28,084 bases of DNA, taken from a virus (taxonomy: Duplodnaviria > Caudoviricetes). The DNA is taken from the IMG/VR virus record IMGVR_UViG_3300042938_000185, positions 1 to 28,084 of that record; one strand, 5' to 3'. Positions 25,190-28,084 of the stretch are shown in pieces. The notes beneath the pieces are model-generated. The model was not told where the DNA came from. It ran no database searches and was given only the letters and a program-made list of their open reading frames with translations. Position numbers and translations under genes: made by a program. Numbering within the stretch: position 1 is the first letter of the stretch; each line of letters begins with the position of its first letter.

Positions 25190-27517
25190 ATGTCAGAAAG
25201 AATCGTATCACCCGGCGTTTTCACAAGAGAAAATGATTTATCCTTCTTAGCACAAGGAGTAGGAGAAATTGGAGCAGCAATTATAGGACCTTTTAAGCAA
25301 GGACCTGCATTCATTCCAACAATTATAAGAACACAATCAGAGTTCGAAGATACCTTTGGTACTCCTGATGGAACTTATTATAGTGAGTACGCAGTACAAA
25401 ACTATTTAAGAGAAGCAGGACAAGTAACCGTAGTAAGAGTAGGTGGTGTTGGTGGTTACCAACAAGTAGCACCTTTAGCAATCTTTGCTTCTGGTTCATC
25501 CGCAACACCTAAATTAGGTACTAAATTAATTGGAGTATTACACTCAACTAAAGCAGGAGATGAGGCAGTTGGTTTTACTGGAGCAACTGTTGTTAGTGAT
25601 GATTCTATTGATGGTTCTTTTGTAATCAATACATTAACTGCTGGAGTAAACATATCAGCATCAATTTTACCATCAGCTACTAATGATTTAGCAGATGTAT
25701 TTGGTGAATCTCCATTCGGAGCTAAATCAGCATATGCATATTCGTATTTTGAAAATATGGCTGGATACTATACTGGTTCTGCTGGAAATAACATTGTAAT
25801 AACTAGAGTAGTATTACCAACTCAGGATTTTTCATATGATACAACCGAAGCACAAACGCCAATGGTTGTTTCTCAAAATATAAGTGGTGTTAGATATGAT
25901 TTATTTAACTTTGTAACTTTAGGACATGGTAATACATATAATACAAAATACAAAATTGGTATTTCGAATGTAAAAGCAGCTGGAGAAGATGGAGCAACTG
26001 ATTATTCAACTTTCACTGTAACAGTTCGTTCATATGATGATACTGATAAGAGAAAGACTGTAGTAGAAACATTTAATAATGTAAACTTAGATGCAGCATC
26101 TCCTAACTATATAGCTAGAAGAATTGGTGATAGATATAATACAATTGATTCAGATGGTAAGATAACTGAAAATGGCGATTACTCAAACAGATCAAAATAT
26201 GTAAGAGTAGTTGTATCAGCACCTGGTTCATTCCCAATATCAGCAGCACCATTTGGACATGGAGCATATACAAATCCAATTACAGCAACAAACGCTGCAG
26301 AATCACTTTTAGTACCTCCGGTAGTATATCAAACTAACTCAATTGGTAACACATCATCATCTCCAATATACTTTAGTGGATTTGATTTTGAAGGTATTGA
26401 TGCTAAGATAGATAATGCAGAATATTTAAAACCAATTCCTGTTGGAGCTCAAACTGGTTCTAACGTGGCTTTCGCATTTGATTCTCAATTGACTTATATA
26501 ATGACTGGTTCTAAATCGGAAGATATGGTTAAGAGACAATTTGTATTAGCATTCCAAGAAGGTTTTGATGGTGTGAATCCAACTGTAGTAAAAGCTAAGG
26601 CTGGTGATACTGATTGGGGTAATGCAAATACGCAAGGATTTAATTGCGCATCTGGAACATCAACTGGTACTTTAGCATATTATAAAGCAATCAACGCAGT
26701 ATCTAACCCTGATGAGTGGGATATCAATATGGTAGTAACACCTGGTATTATAAGAAGTTTACATCCATCAGTTGTAACTAAAGCAATTGATATGGTTGAA
26801 AGTAGACAAGATGCATTCTATATCGCTGATTTCAACGATTACGCTGATACAATAACTGAAGCAACGGAGCAAGCAAACTCGGTTGATTCTAACTATGTAG
26901 CAACTTATTATCCTTGGGTTAAGACAATAGATACAAACACAAACAAATTAATGAGTGTTCCACCATCAGTATTAATGCCCGCTGTTTTCGCAGCTAACGA
27001 TAGATTAGCAGCAGAATGGTTCGCACCTGCTGGTTTGAATAGAGGTGGTATCGTAGGAGCAGTAAGTGTATTAAATAGACTTACACACTCTGAAAGAGAT
27101 ACTCTATATGAGAACAAAGTAAACCCAATCGCAGCATTCCCTGGACAAGGTATTGTAGCATTCGGACAGAAGACATTGCAAGATAAGGCATCAGCTTTAG
27201 ATAGAATCAATGTTAGAAGATTACTTATCGTTCTTAAGAAGTTTGTAGCATCTACATCTCGTTATTTAGTGTTCGAACAAAATACATCTTCAACTAGAGC
27301 AAGATTCTTAAATACGGTTAATCCTTATTTAGAAGCTGTACAACAAAGACAAGGTCTTTATTCTTTTAGAGTTGTAATGGATGAAAGTAACAACACACCT
27401 GATGTAATTGATAGAAACATATTAGCTGGACAAATTTTCTTACAACCGGCAAAGACGGCGGAATTTATCGTAATAGATTTCAACATCTTACCAACTGGAG
27501 CAAGTTTCTCAGCATAA
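25190..27517 (+). CDS. Contractile tail sheath protein (T4 gp18-like)
   Basis: N-terminal SPGVFTRENDLS; C-terminal YYPWV, WFAPAGLNRG, LYENKVNPI, GQKTLQ..SALDRINVRRL, FEQN, LQPAKTAEFIVIDF. Confidence 0.97.
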   Translation: MSERIVSPGVFTRENDLSFLAQGVGEIGAAIIGPFKQGPAFIPTIIRTQSEFEDTFGTPDGTYYSEYAVQNYLREAGQVTVVRVGGVGGYQQVAPLAIFASGSSATPKLGTKLIGVLHSTKAGDEAVGFTGATVVSDDSIDGSFVINTLTAGVNISASILPSATNDLADVFGESPFGAKSAYAYSYFENMAGYYTGSAGNNIVITRVVLPTQDFSYDTTEAQTPMVVSQNISGVRYDLFNFVTLGHGNTYNTKYKIGISNVKAAGEDGATDYSTFTVTVRSYDDTDKRKTVVETFNNVNLDAASPNYIARRIGDRYNTIDSDGKITENGDYSNRSKYVRVVVSAPGSFPISAAPFGHGAYTNPITATNAAESLLVPPVVYQTNSIGNTSSSPIYFSGFDFEGIDAKIDNAEYLKPIPVGAQTGSNVAFAFDSQLTYIMTGSKSEDMVKRQFVLAFQEGFDGVNPTVVKAKAGDTDWGNANTQGFNCASGTSTGTLAYYKAINAVSNPDEWDINMVVTPGIIRSLHPSVVTKAIDMVESRQDAFYIADFNDYADTITEATEQANSVDSNYVATYYPWVKTIDTNTNKLMSVPPSVLMPAVFAANDRLAAEWFAPAGLNRGGIVGAVSVLNRLTHSERDTLYENKVNPIAAFPGQGIVAFGQKTLQDKASALDRINVRRLLIVLKKFVASTSRYLVFEQNTSSTRARFLNTVNPYLEAVQQRQGLYSFRVVMDESNNTPDVIDRNILAGQIFLQPAKTAEFIVIDFNILPTGASFSA

Positions 27518-27537
27518 TATAGAAAAACAAAAAGTAG

Positions 27538-27546
27538 ATATTTATT
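27538..27546 (+). promoter_or_regulatory. ATATTTATT variant of the putative late promoter motif
   Basis: Intergenic, ending 22 nt upstream of ATG 27569. Confidence 0.45.
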
Positions 27547-27568
27547 AATATAAAATAAACGGAATAAA

Positions 27569-28057
27569 ATGGCAGAAATATTAGAGTTTAATAAGATGTT
27601 CTATACGAACTTCGAACCAAAAATGAAAAACCGCTACATCTTAGAATGGGATGGTGTACCGGGGTATATGGTTAAGGCAGCATCAAGACCTTCAATCCAA
27701 TTTGAAACAATCACTTTAGACCATATCAACATCAAAAGAAAGTTGCAAGGTAAAGGTGAGTGGCAAGATATCACAATTACTCTTTATGACCCAATCGTAC
27801 CATCAGCTGCACAATCAGTAATGGAGTGGGTTAGATTGGGGCATGAATCAATCACTGGTAGACGTGGATACGCAGATTTTTATAAGAAAGATTTGGATTT
27901 CTATATGTTGGGACCAGTTGGCGATAAAATAGAACAATGGAAAATCAAAGGCGCTTTCATTCAGCAAGCAAATTTTGGTGATGTATCATTTGATTCTAAC
28001 GAACCTGCAACAATTGAATTAACATTATCTTACGATTACGCTATTCTTGAATACTAA
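27569..28057 (+). CDS. Tail tube protein (T4 gp19-like)
   Basis: 162 aa directly after the sheath gene: FEPKMKNRY, WQDITITLYDPI, EQWKIKGAF, IELTLSYDYA. Confidence 0.92.
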   Translation: MAEILEFNKMFYTNFEPKMKNRYILEWDGVPGYMVKAASRPSIQFETITLDHINIKRKLQGKGEWQDITITLYDPIVPSAAQSVMEWVRLGHESITGRRGYADFYKKDLDFYMLGPVGDKIEQWKIKGAFIQQANFGDVSFDSNEPATIELTLSYDYAILEY

Positions 28058-28084
28058 TCTAAAAATAACAAAAATAAGGGGATT

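Noticed and set aside
25190-28057. Bacterial contractile injection system (eCIS, tailocin, T6SS) instead of a phage
   Set aside because: Giant S74 fibres, the T4-like sheath/tube pair, phage-type promoter motif and GATC avoidance fit a lytic myovirus better; no capsid gene is in the window, so this is not formally proven.
1-28084. Stop-codon reassignment (all 12 genes end in TAA)
   Set aside because: Genes are intact in the standard code with no in-frame TAG/TGA, and TAA preference is expected in AT-rich DNA, so there is no positive evidence.

Overview
AT-rich, densely coding, all-plus-strand virion morphogenesis region of a large contractile-tailed phage (myovirus, probably a jumbo phage). 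The A-rich, Shine-Dalgarno-less starts suggest a Bacteroidota host, which is an inference. There are twelve real genes. They form two parallel appendage modules, each running [protein ending in a hydrophobic ..ALx tail] - [small beta-sandwich protein] - [giant Gly-Thr-Ser-repeat fibre] - [tip protein/chaperones], followed by the tail sheath and tail tube genes. Most notable observations: (1) the 5'-truncated first protein is an array of at least 8 helical repeats whose core (e.g. KCKRDVGYILDGVTTDLLYGG) aligns by eye with the bilin-binding Cys84 helix of phycobiliproteins, with C, R and D invariant; (2) the 3384-aa fibre carries two cupredoxin-like domains, one with an intact H..C-x2-H-x2-M blue-copper ligand set and one that has lost it; (3) two nearly proline-free Gly-X-Y tracts of about 1040 and 480 aa; (4) a recurring upstream motif ATATTTATA, the reverse complement of the T4 late promoter; (5) near-total GATC avoidance. 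All family assignments come from motif recognition by eye; no searches were run.
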